A DNA stretch of 64,000 nucleotides. Origin: Octopus vulgaris. Its lineage: Eukaryota. This document shows, one piece after another, positions 39,933-51,899 of this stretch. The position numbers and the translations under genes were made by a program. Each line of letters starts with the position of its first letter. Position 1 is the stretch's first letter. The stretch is taken from NCBI GenBank assembly GCA_951406725.2, contig OX597823.1, forward strand, positions 68,510,001 to 68,574,000, read 5' to 3'. The notes below the pieces were generated by a model. It ran no database searches. It saw only the letters and a program-made list of their open reading frames with translations, and was not told where the DNA came from.

Positions 39933-41404
39933 TATTATTATTATTATTATTATTATTATAATTATTATTATTATTGTGGTTGTATACTGTCAACTTAACG
40001 TGACAGTCCTGTAAGGGAATTACACCACCGCTGTTTAGCCCTAGGAAGCATCGGCGCTTCCTGTCAACCTTGACACATTTCCTGTGTCCTTATATATTAT
40101 TATCATTATATATTATTATTATTATATATCATTATTATTATTATTTTACATTAAAACCTATTAATGAATAAGTACTATAGGTTCTGATTATGTTAGAAAT
40201 GAAAGAACTGAAGACAAGAAATTTGGGAAATAAAATTAGTCTCCAGCAAATCAAACCTGATAACTGTGCCATAGACAGAATGTAAAGTATTGTTATTGAA
40301 CTTCCTGATATGAAGGGTGAACATTTCAATGAGTAAGTCAAATGTCAGTTTGAAATACAATTCATAAAAGCTCTCTAGTATGTATTAGTAAGATGCTAGT
40401 TACTTTATTGTATCTACAAATAAGTAGTCATTTCTGAAGGATTGGAAAAATCTTTTCTGTGTTGTTTCTTAAGATAATATGACTAAACTCTGTATGGTAA
40501 ATGGGTTTTTAAATCTAAAGGTTATCAAAACTTTTTGTTGATGCCTAAGCAACATCATTGAACTTTAAATATAGTGATAAAGAAAAAACATTGGCTTCCA
40601 CAAATATAAATAGAGACTAATAGTAGTGACCACCACTCTCAAATACTACAGATTTGAATCCTCTGTGCTATTACTTATAATAACCAGAATATGTGGCAAT
40701 CGTTCAACTATTCTATTCCATAAAAAATACTTTATTAATTTGTCTTTGCAATATATGATTGGTTGTTACATTGCACAAAATATATAATTCTTTAACTAGT
40801 ATTATTATCTAAATTTATGGCTACTACATTTGCTATCTCATAACTTCTCAAGATGAAGATACTGCTTAGACATTCATTGAGATTTACTTGTGACATTTGT
40901 ATAGAAAGATGTGAATAAAGGCTTTGAATTTCAAACATGCTGTTCATGAAGCAGAATGACATCTTACATATCAAGATAGTGTAGAAGCTGAAGTGAGTCC
41001 AATATAACATTAAAAGAATCTTAAAAGTATATTTCAATATTATTTCAGTCTAATGGCTATTACTTTGAAATTATGTGAATGAAACAGTACAGATATGTGC
41101 TATATATATATATAGATATACAATGTCAGGCCTTGTAGATATAATCATTAATTTCTTTTGTAACTGCCTAATCATAAAGGAAGTGCACTACTCATGACTC
41201 TTTATCTTTCAAGGTCTCCAAGATGGTAGGGTGAAGTGTGACAGTTACCCTCAAATGAAAGATGTGGCCAAAATACTTGCAATAGAAAGAATTTTACAAA
41301 AGTCACCCAGGATTTGGTATTAAACTAAGTAATGGTCAGGTCTACTAACCTAAATACAGAATAGAAAGAAATAGAGCATATGCTACAAGACATCTCATTT
41401 GATT

Positions 41405-41545
41405 GATTAACAATTCTGCCAATCCGCCACACAGGACTTATACTTATTTTACCGACCCTGAAAGGATAAAAGACAAATTTGACCTTTGCAAGACTTGAAC
41501 TCAGAGTGCAGATGGTTGAAATAAATATTGCAAGGCATTTCCTAA
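41405..41545 (-). mobile_element. SINE S1 fragments
   Basis: TACTTATTTTACCGACCCTGAAAGGATAAAAG...TTGAACTCAGA. Confidence 0.7.
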
Positions 41546-41867
41546 TTGGTGTATAGATAGGCGTTAGTCATGTCTAGAATGCTTCTAAGATACTTTGATG
41601 TTATCTCTGAAAGTTAACAATGTTGAAAAAATACAAAAAGTTGGTAATTAAATACATTCATCATGTTGATAACTGGTTGCTTATCTGTAGGAAAGAAATG
41701 ACCTATTATCAAAGGTGTTACAGCGTTAACTACCCTATTGTATCTTGCAGGCACCAAATATGAGATTATATCATGCAATGTATCCCTCATTGGTGCAATT
41801 TGATGGAGATTTTGTTATCATTTCTATCAAACTGATCAACCATCAGGTGGCAGATATTGTGATAGAT

Positions 41868-41898
<31 letters not shown>

Positions 41899-43125
41899 AA
41901 AGATAGCAAAGATACATTTTTTATGTTTGAGAAGCTAAAGCACATAGGAATTATTAAAACAAGCAAGGTAGATTGGATAATTGTAAATGCCAAAATAACG
42001 TCTACAATATGGCTAACTCAAAACAGGCATTTGTAGCACAATACTCAGAGAAGACGACAGTATAATTGTCAATGTAACTATTCAATTAATAACTGAATAC
42101 TTAAAGTGAGCAGATGCTATAGACATTATTCAATGAAAGATAAAATAAACTTTTACAGTGATTGGGGATTAATATTTCAATCATACATCTGTACAGTGCC
42201 TAACCCATTTTAGCAATTTACAGTATGGTTCATTAGGTTATCACTTTTAATTATTTTACCTACCACAATTAAGTTCATGCTGAACCACTGATTAATATAA
42301 TTTAAAATCTCCATAAATATAAACTATAATAATATAATCATTTCTTTAAAATAAGGTGTTATAAAAAAACTGAAATATTTATTTGAAGACAAGGTAAGAA
42401 GTTTATAAAGTTTCAAAGGAATCAAGATTATTAATGAAAGAAACTGTACATCAATACAAATAACATAATCACTGGCAAAGGATTAAATCCAAAGTTACCA
42501 AAAGCTCTTGTAAAGATAAAAGTGGAAAAGCATGAAATTAAATCTGTAAAAACATGATGTAAATATATGTAATGAACATTATGTATAGCAGGAGAAACAG
42601 CACACTCCTAGTTGTTTTCTCCTAGTTTATGTAATACATATAGAATTTCAACTTTTTTTGTATATATATAGGATTACATTACTCCATGTTTGCTTTCCTA
42701 ATTTACAGTGACAAAGTATGCTCTGAGAGAAATTTGGTTGCTAATTTTAGCAGGGGAAAGCTTTACCTTATTGGATCAAAATAAACTTAACTGTTATTAA
42801 GCCTCAAATCAGCTTTGAATGAATAAGAATATCATGAAAAGCATTCCAATTCTGAGAGTCCCAACTATTTCAATATCAGGAACTGCAATGTCTAATATAC
42901 TCTTCAGTTAAGAGAGAACCTTGTTCACCTTATATGGGGGAAAATATTGTTAAAATTGTTAGACAATGATAATTAGATGATACATATGACTGCCGATAAA
43001 CAACTCTTTCCCCTATTCTTACATATTCATTCTGAAAGAGATGCTTGGTGTAATATACAGTGTGAAGAAGCAGTTGTTATCAAGGGAACATGTGTTAGGG
43101 TGGTAGTAAAGGCTGTTAGTGTTGC

Positions 43126-43156
<31 letters not shown>

Positions 43157-43259
43157 GGAGAGGAAAAATTATAATAAGGCAGAATGCTTAATTAAAGGTA
43201 AATTTTATATATATATATATTTATATGTGTGTGTGTGTGTGTGTGTGCATACATACAGG

Positions 43260-43289
<30 letters not shown>

Positions 43290-43290
<1 letters not shown>

Positions 43291-43680
43291 TACCATTGTC
43301 CATGCTTTCATGGGTTGGATAATTTGACCAGAGCTAGCTAGCTGGGGAGCTTCAGCAAACTCCAGTCTGGATGCCCTTCCTAATGCCAACCACTTTACCG
43401 AGTGGGCTGGGTGTTTTTATATGGCACCACACAGGTGCCTTTATGTGGTGCTACATGGGCACTTTTATATGGCATCGCAAGGGCACTTTATGTGACACTG
43501 CATCGATGCTCTTGTATGGCACCGCGCAATGCTTTTATGTGGTACCGCATGGGCACTTTTATGTGGCACTGCTATGAGTGCTTTACATTACCAGAGGGAC
43601 TGGTCTTAACACTTCTGTTGTGGGGCATGGGTCTTCTGGAGTACAGCAAGGTGCCAGACATCTTGGTCCTTTGTCATCTC
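43290..43680 (-). mobile_element. RTE family A-related 3' end with expanded ~24-bp minisatellite
   Basis: CATGGGTTGGA...GGATGCCCTTCCTAATGCCAACCAC followed by about seven GCTTTTATGTGGCAC-like units. Confidence 0.8.
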
Positions 43681-43918
43681 ACATTTTAATGTCTACTTTT
43701 CTATACTTGCATGTTTCAGATGGTGTTTATTGCAGTGGATTTTCTATAGCTGAATGTCGTTCCTTTCACCAATCCTCACCTGTTTCCAAGCAAGGCAATA
43801 TTTCCATACGACCAGACATGTTTTGGTAGAATATTGATACATAATGATGCACATAGAGTGCCAAACAGTGGTTATATACCATGCAATGTAAATTCAAATC
43901 ACACAATACAATAGCAAC

Positions 43919-43959
<41 letters not shown>

Positions 43960-43964
<5 letters not shown>

Positions 43965-44244
43965 TGGACGGTCCTATCATTAGATGATGTATGAGGGTTC
44001 AGCAATTTCTTGCCAAACAACCACACAGATGATTTGTTTACATTGTACACATAAGCTCACTTCCTCCATCAACCTGACATTACCTGTACAGGTGCACTGT
44101 GTGCCACATGTCATGATGAAATAATTGCAGAACATGAAATGAAGTGCTTTGCACAAGAACACAATTCAATGCCCGGCTTGGGAAATGAACCTACAATCTC
44201 ACAATCATTAGTGCAACAACCTAACCACTAAGACATGCACCTTC
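43960..44244 (-). mobile_element. tRNA-headed SINE (third family)
   Basis: Minus strand head GTCTTAGTGGTTAGG...GGTTCATTTCCC resembles Pol III A and B boxes; bounded by (TA)n. Confidence 0.6.
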
Positions 44245-44254
44245 ATATATATAT

Positions 44255-44309
<55 letters not shown>

Positions 44310-45235
44310 TGTATGTATAAAGCCTGTATCTGGAGCCTGCAAGCCCATTATATTAAAGTTTATCACAGTTTGCAGGAATTTGACTTCATGTGCCTTTGCA
44401 CTGACTTCATTACATGAACAACTGTAACAGAATTGTGTGTCACACAAAGAAAATATTTGGTATTGCAGTAATTTAATTATGTAAAATTGTGAAATAAAAG
44501 TACATTATTTGTAAACAAGTATAGTTGGCCTTAGAATACTGCTCCAATACATCTTATGAAAAAAAAAAGCAAACGGTAAAATAATGATGATATGATAATA
44601 AAGCGAAGGATATCTTCATAATTTCCCAATAAAATTAAAATCTGAAATCAATATTTCAGCAATTACGTTTAGATAATCATGACGTCTAAGTTGTATTATC
44701 TTAACTACTTATAAAATTTGGAGAAATCAAGTAGGTCCATCCATCATATAACTAAATACATTGCATAAAATCTTTTGGTAATGAGAGGGGAAAAATGCAT
44801 AGAGAGTAGTGTATGATTTATGATAAAAAACATTAAATCTCAATTCTATCTTTTCTAATCTAATAAAAGTTATATTAGATGTGATATTTCTGAAAGATGT
44901 TTGCATATCATATTTCACCAGAATATTTATTTTGTTTCAATGATATTTTTCCTGCTTTTCCTCTTTTGATTTGAATAAAAACTAGACTGTTTTTGCGATT
45001 ATTTACATGTCATGAAATCTTTTGAAATTCTCTCCTTAATTAAATCAATGATATCCCTTTCTGTTCTTGAGCACTCAAGTATACTTTGTTGTTTAGTTAT
45101 ATTCATTGTTATAAGTTCACATCCTGCTGCAGCTACTAAAATATTTACCTATGTTATATTGATATCAGTTTGTTGGCGTGCATTCCCACTTCAATAGATT
45201 GTTAAAATGTTCCAGTGTAAGAAGTAATATTCTCA

Positions 45236-45741
45236 TCTACTATATATGTGGAAAATTGGTGCATGTTTGTTTGTGGCATTGTTAGCTACCTCCTCCTACA
45301 TCGTTTTATTGATTTTGATGACATGTGAGTAGAACTCATGTCTGGAAACCTTGTGACATACTTATATTGTTGAAAAAAATTGACAATACAGCCCCTGGAA
45401 GGGACCTTTATATCTACCTCAGATAACTAATTTTTTAGCACCCAAGGGAAATAACCCATGGCACCTACACTATTTTTTTTAACAATCAAGGGAAATAACC
45501 CATTTCATTGTTTATGTTTGATTACTTTGAATATTGATTTTTTTGTGTGTCCCATTTCTAATTTTTGCAGACAATATCACTTTTATACTTTATTTGATAC
45601 GTGAGTAGAACTCATATCTGGAAACCTCATGACATACTTAGATTGTTGAAAAATACCGATAATAGGGCCTCTCCAATGGATCCTTCTATCTACTACATAT
45701 TACTAATATTTTATTTTAACAACCAAGTTTTGAACTGCTAA
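45236..45741 (+). mobile_element. Probable decayed non-autonomous Helitron with internal ~120-bp direct repeats
   Basis: Starts A|TCTACTATATA. Direct repeats at 45320-45437 and 45597-45715. CAAGGGAAATAAC occurs twice, a motif shared with the 54383 Helitron. Ends GCTAA|T. Confidence 0.45.
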
Positions 45742-46445
45742 TCATTATTATTGCACTTCCTTAATTTGAATCTTAAACATTAAAGACTTCATTCATACAT
45801 TTCTACACATACATACTTTTTTGAATGCCCATTACTCTGATAATTCTTCATTTTTACAGTTACACTTTTTCCATGACAGTAGATAATTTTTTTATTCCAC
45901 AACGTATTTGTAGTGGCTTCATGCATGCATAGCATGGATTCGATCCTCAATTGCCAAATTTCACTTAACACTTCAACAGTGCTTTTCTCATAGTAAAATG
46001 ACAGCAGTTATACATTTCCCAGATGCCTTTGCTAAGTAGAATAACGTCTTTGCCACTTGACCCTCCTAACCTCTTCTAGGCCACCAGGGGCTGGAATGGA
46101 GATAACAGACCTCCAATGAAATCATTTGTTCTCAACAATATGTCTATCCTTCTGGCTGCTTTTCGATAGTTATAAAAACAAGAACTCCATAAGCTAAAGG
46201 CAGTTACTGAGAGCGACCATCAGTGAGTGTGAATGTTAATATTGCACTTTCTTCAAACACTTCATTCATATATTTATATACATACAATCTCTCCTTCCTC
46301 TAGCTGACAGTTTTTTGTACATTTTCATGATGGAAAATACCCTTTTTGTGGCAATTAGAATGAAATTGCTTTCTTATATCAGAGTAATAAGACATTTCAA
46401 TAGAACATCTTTACCCTCAGGAATTACCAGGTATACCAGCTAGTG

Positions 46446-46476
<31 letters not shown>

Positions 46477-47653
46477 CTTTTATTTTTTACTGTTTCTGTC
46501 ATTAGACTGCAGCCACGTTGGGGAACCACCTGTTTTTAGCTTTTGATATATTTACTATGTTTTGACTATACTATTTTGCTAAAATAGTTTGACTTATTTC
46601 TCAATGTCATTGCTGGTTCTACCTTCTCACAAATAGTTTCTAAACATTTTATTCTTCAATTCCTTACACTTTGTTTCTATTATCCAATACTACGTACCAA
46701 TTTGTTTTACTACAACAATTAAATCATTTCCTTCTCTCACCTGATGCATAAATTGTTATTTGTAACAGACATAAAGGCATTTTCAAACCTACCTTCTTGT
46801 CTCAGCAATCAATTATTAAATATATAAGAATGGTGTATGAAATATAGTCCTAATGAATAATAAACTACTGGTGTGTAACAATATTTGTTTTCAATGATAT
46901 GCTATTCAACAGAATATATTTATATATTACACCCAACCTATATGCAGTTGACAAATGTAAACATCATATCATTGTATACAATCTCTTCAAAGCTACAAAC
47001 AGAGGTGTCAAGAAAACCAGTTTCAGTAATGGGATATCAGAAGCAATTAAGTAGCCTATTTTACTCTCCATTTAACACTGACGGTAAACTCACTATTAAG
47101 AGGGGTTTAAGTAAATTAGATAGACCAATTTACACATATAATGCAGTTTTGACAGCGAGATTGATTGGTAAAATACTGTTGTACAGTTTGTCTCAAGGTT
47201 ATACAATACTACGGACAATATCAACAGTTTTTATGCAACACTATGATAAAATAAACACAATGTCAATTTGTAATTCCTTAGAAAGAAAAAAAGCTGTCAG
47301 CATGATTCACTTCTGCATTGCAAGTTCATCTGAGTAATCCCTTTAACCGACCCCAGAAATACAGCTTTTAAGTCTATATTCTGTAATAAAAGTTAACGAT
47401 TCCTCACTCCCACCAGGTTTAAACAGTGTGGGATTTCAAGTACAAATTTTTGAACTTCCTTGCTATTGCTTTTTAGATGTATACCAGTTAGGTTTATATA
47501 TATATATATATATATATATAGTCACAAGTCATTGTAAATTCATCAGTAGCATCTCTGAACAACGACATACATACGTACATACCCACATACATAAAGTAAA
47601 TAAAAAAGTATGAAACTTAGTTTGAAGAAATGCAAATCGATACTTAAAAAATG

Positions 47654-47688
<35 letters not shown>

Positions 47689-48037
47689 CGTACTTTTGCC
47701 TGTCTCTTCTCAAAGCTCGTTTATCCAGCATTCACTACCGTTTGTTTTTACTGTTTTGTTTTTGTTACCACTTTAACCCTCTGCAAAAAATCCCAAATTT
47801 TATTTAATTTGCTTTGTGGGAAGGACTGTTTTAACAAAGTTGCATCTTGTCCCTACCTTCGAAACATGGAGTAAATAAAACAGGGGACAACTGATTAAGG
47901 GAATGTTATTTATGTTGCTTGTCTCATTTCTCTATTTGTTTCTTTTCTTGTTAAAAAAAAGTTCGTTTTCTATGTTATTGTTTTCATTTCTCATTTTGTT
48001 GATGTTTTTTTAATGTTCTGTACCCATATATGCATGT

Positions 48038-48068
<31 letters not shown>

Positions 48069-48140
48069 CATATATATATATATATATGCACACATATATA
48101 TATATATGCACACATATATATATATATGCACACATATATA

Positions 48141-48184
<44 letters not shown>

Positions 48185-48255
48185 TATATTTATATTATAT
48201 ATATATATGCATATATTTATATTATATATATATATGCATATATTTATATTATATA

Positions 48256-50140
48256 GAAAAGGTTGCCGAATAAAGAAAATGAATGGGATAAAGAGAGTCT
48301 GCCGAATGTTGACCCAACAGAGGGACCAGCTATCCGAGTTGACAGTTCCTTGGTAGTTAAGGCAATTAGAAGCATGAAGACAGGGAAAGCCCCAGGCCCA
48401 TCAGGAATCACTGCAGAGATGCTCAAAATATCTGGCAGTGTCGGCTATAGCCTAGTCACCCGTATAGTTAATCAGGTGATACACGGAGGAGTCATACCCA
48501 ATGACTGGTGTAGCAGCATAATAGTCAACTGCTACAAAGGTAAAGGTGACGCCCTAGATACAAATAATTACAGAGGCATCAAGCTGTTGGATAAGGTAAT
48601 GAAGGTAATAACAGAGGAATTCAAGACAGGATGCCCTTGGGAGCTCCTCTATGCTGATGACCTTGCTCTAATTGCTGAGTCACTATCAGAACTGGAGGAG
48701 AAGTTTCAGGTGTGGAAGCAAGGATTAGAATCGAAGAGCCTTAGAGTCAATCTAGCTAAAACCAAAGTCCTAATAAGTAGGAAGGTAGACAAATCACAAA
48801 CGCCTTCAGGTAGATGGCCCTGCTCGATCTGTAGAAAAGGTGTAGGTAGAAACTCTATAAGATGCACCAAGTGTAAGCTATGGACACATAATAGGTGCAG
48901 CAATGTCAAAGGAAGGCTAACTGGGAAGATAGTTTTTGTATGTGGCAGATGCTCAGGAACAATAAACACTGGAAATTCTCTGAGACCAACTTCTGTCACT
49001 TTCCAGGGAGAAAAACTAGAAATAGTGGATAGCTTCCGTTACCTAGGTGACCAAGTCAGTAGCGGGGGTGGGTGTGCTGAAAGTGTAACTGCTAGAGTAA
49101 GAATAGCTTGGGCAAAGTTCAGAGAGCTCTTACCTCTGCTGGTGACAAAAGGCCTCTCGCTCAGAGCAAAAGGCACACTGTATGACGCGTGTGTACGAAC
49201 AGACATGCTACATGACAGTGTAACATGGGCCATGACTGCTGAGGATATGCGTAAGCTCACAAGAAATGAAGCCAATATGATCCAATGGATGTGTAATGTC
49301 AGTGTTCATACTCGACAGAGTGTAAGTACCTTGAGAGAAAAGCTGGACCTAAGAAGCATCAGATGTGGTGTGCAAGAGAGACGTTTGCGCTGGTATGGTT
49401 ATGTGGCGAGAATGGATGAAGATAGTTGTGTGAAAAAGTGCCACACCCTAGCGGATGAGGGAACCTGTGGAAGAGGAGGCAGACCCAGGAAAACCTGGGA
49501 CAAGGTGGTGAAGCACGACCTTCGAACTTTAGGTCTCACTGAGGAAATTACTAGAGACCGAGACCTCTGGAAGTATGCTGTGCATGAGAAGACCCGGCAG
49601 GACAAGTGAGACCATAACCCGTGGCCTTCTACACGGGATGTAGCCAGTCCACTTATGCATACCTTCCCTTCTTGGGACACAAAACTCTACTTGTGAAGAC
49701 CTGTTGAGGCAAGTGAGAATCAGAATCGAAATCGATCAATGGAAATTGCAGCTGAGATACCAGTGCCGGTGGCACGTGAGAGAACCATCCGAACGTGGCC
49801 ATTGCCAGTGCCGCCCCGACTGGCCTCGTGCCAGTGGCATGTAAAAAGCGCCATCCGTTCGTGGTCGTTGCCAGCCCCGCCTGGCCTCTGTGCCGGTGGC
49901 ACATAAAAAGCACCATCCGATCGTGGCCGTTTGCCAGACTCGTCTGGCACCTGTGCCGGTGGCACGTAAAAAGCACCTACTACACTCATGGAGTTGTTGG
50001 TGTTAGGAAGGGCATCCAGCCGTAGAAACATTGCCAGATCAGACTGGGCCTGGTGCAGCCTTCTGGCTTCCCAGACCCCAGTTGAACCGTCCAACCCATG
50101 CTAGCATGGAAAGCAGACGCTAAACGATGATGATGATGAT
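48256..50140 (+). mobile_element. RTE LINE family A, 5'-truncated, young copy
   Basis: RT ORF, repeat-containing 3' UTR and (GAT)n tail. The 22-bp flank ATGCATATATTTATATTATATA occurs at 48234-48255 and 50141-50162 (TSD or host minisatellite unit). Confidence 0.95.
48263..49609 (+). CDS. RTE-clade reverse transcriptase, partial, with in-frame internal deletion and PHD-like insertion
   Basis: [18 protein letters not shown]...[43 protein letters not shown]. Confidence 0.95.
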   Translation: MPNKENEWDKESLPNVDPTEGPAIRVDSSLVVKAIRSMKTGKAPGPSGITAEMLKISGSVGYSLVTRIVNQVIHGGVIPNDWCSSIIVNCYKGKGDALDTNNYRGIKLLDKVMKVITEEFKTGCPWELLYADDLALIAESLSELEEKFQVWKQGLESKSLRVNLAKTKVLISRKVDKSQTPSGRWPCSICRKGVGRNSIRCTKCKLWTHNRCSNVKGRLTGKIVFVCGRCSGTINTGNSLRPTSVTFQGEKLEIVDSFRYLGDQVSSGGGCAESVTARVRIAWAKFRELLPLLVTKGLSLRAKGTLYDACVRTDMLHDSVTWAMTAEDMRKLTRNEANMIQWMCNVSVHTRQSVSTLREKLDLRSIRCGVQERRLRWYGYVARMDEDSCVKKCHTLADEGTCGRGGRPRKTWDKVVKHDLRTLGLTEEITRDRDLWKYAVHEKTRQDK

Positions 50141-50166
50141 ATGCATATATTTATATTATATATATA

Positions 50167-50213
<47 letters not shown>

Positions 50214-50315
50214 TGTCTGTGGAGACTTATTTTTGTAGTAAAAGGAAATAGTCCTTTGACTGCTATTTCGAATATTTTCGGTATGTGGTTTAAGCAACTT
50301 ATTGCAAAAAACCCT

Positions 50316-50347
<32 letters not shown>

Positions 50348-50418
50348 GATAGATAGATAGATAGATAGATGTACTTGCATAGCAAGTGACTTGATCTGAG
50401 ATTGTGTGCTGGAACGAA

Positions 50419-50721
50419 AACAACTGCAGCGTGGAAGGTGTTTATAAGCCATTTAAGAAACACACAAAACCGTTAGATTCACTTTGACATTTAAGTTTAA
50501 TTTGTCAAAATATTTTCATCACTTTTAGACTGCGACCTGTTCACTGACAAAGCTTCGTGCAGCATGAAGCTTTGTCAGTGGTCTCGAAGTGAAGAAAATA
50601 TTTGTCGTGATCTCAAAGCGACGAAAATATTTTAACAAATTAAACTTAAATGTCGAAGTGAATCTAACGGTTTTGTGTGTTTCTTAAATGGCTTATAAAC
50701 ACCTTCCACGCTGCAATTGTT
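50419..50721. repeat. ~300-bp near-perfect foldback (inverted PLE-like terminal repeat)
   Basis: Arms AACAA.TGCAGCGTGGAAGGTGTTTATAAGCCATTTAAGAAACACACAAAACCGTTAGATTCAC... and its reverse complement. Centre CACTGACAAAGCTTCGTGC-A-GCATGAAGCTTTGTCAGTG at 50561. Confidence 0.95.
50501..50551 (-). ncRNA. Variant minimal hammerhead ribozyme with G3:C8 core
   Basis: UUUGUCA-GUGAACA-G-GUCGC-AGUCUAAAA-GUGAU-GAAA-AUAU-UU/UGACAAA. 7-bp stem I, 5-bp stem II, palindromic stem III. Confidence 0.65.
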
Positions 50722-51899
50722 ATATATATATATATATATATATATATTTGAAAGTCTATGAGGATTACTTTATACAGTTTTTAAGTGTAAAGGTGATTTT
50801 TAAAAAAAATTATTTTTCAAAGAAATGTTATGAAATCTTTTATGAGAATGTTACTAATCTTTTTTGTGGAAGAGAGACAGACAGACAGACAGATAGACAA
50901 ACAAAAAGATTGATATAATATATATCATGAATCAATTATATTCATATTAATATTAATATTTATGTTCATGGAATAGATTTTCCATTTTGGATTCAAACAA
51001 TTCTAAATACAGTATTAAAGATAATATAAATTCCAATCTTAAATTCAACCTGCACACGCACATGCACCCACCCACACCAACACGTGTAATCAACCTTGAC
51101 CATTGCTATTATCAACATCAGCACAACCCCACTCAGCACCAAACCCAATACAACCCTTACCATTCACAATCCACTATCTCCTAAATGATCAAAAGCAACA
51201 GCAACAGTAGCATGGAGAAGAGAATCAAAGCCTAACTGAGATTATATACAATGAGGGGTGATAATGTGGTACCTTAATATATTTCAGAAGTTGAATGAAA
51301 TGTCCTTCATCTTAGGTCAATAAGGATTGACTTGAGACAAAACAGCAGCACCAATACAATTAAGAAAAATAATATGACCTCTGCCAGCACCAGCAATATC
51401 TTCACCATGATCAACACTACTCTCAACCCACCAACTTTAGTATAAGTCAGCTGGCAACAATAATGTCTAGTTGCATAATGCTGCATGTCAACACAACAGT
51501 GTGTGAGAGAGAAAGAGAGAGTGAGAGAGAGAGAGAGAGAATGAGAGAGAGAGAGAATGAGAGAGAGAGAGAAAGCTAGTAGGGTGTGGAATTTTTATAA
51601 CTTAAGTCAGACATGCTAGAAGCAAAGTGTCCATGAATGTGGTAATCTTTCAAATAACTGCAATCATTCAGTACTTTCTCCCATATCACTTCTTCACCCT
51701 TCCATCTTATTTCCATTGTTATATACATAGGAACAAGATACCAATTTTTTGCTCTCTCAAAATAGTTCTTTCCCTGGTGTTATTTTATTTTTATGTGTTT
51801 GTCATGGATAATTATTAATTGCTGCTGCTGTTGGGTTTATCTACAATTCAAGATGAGGCACTGGTGGGGCTTTTAAAATGGCTTGATGTAGGAGAAAAA

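Noticed and set aside
46885-47337. 150-aa ORF
   Set aside because: TTG start, no recognisable motif, no clear splice signals.
47805-47880. GAAGG...CCTTC-GAAACATG-GAGTAAA hammerhead-like string
   Set aside because: 5' core is unrecognisable and position 17 would be G. It may be a decayed PLE end but cannot be supported.
48013-48356. YI/HT/CV-repeat ORFs here and at 4964, 13121, 26344, 30978, 44208, 54061, 61160
   Set aside because: Translations of stop-free microsatellites.
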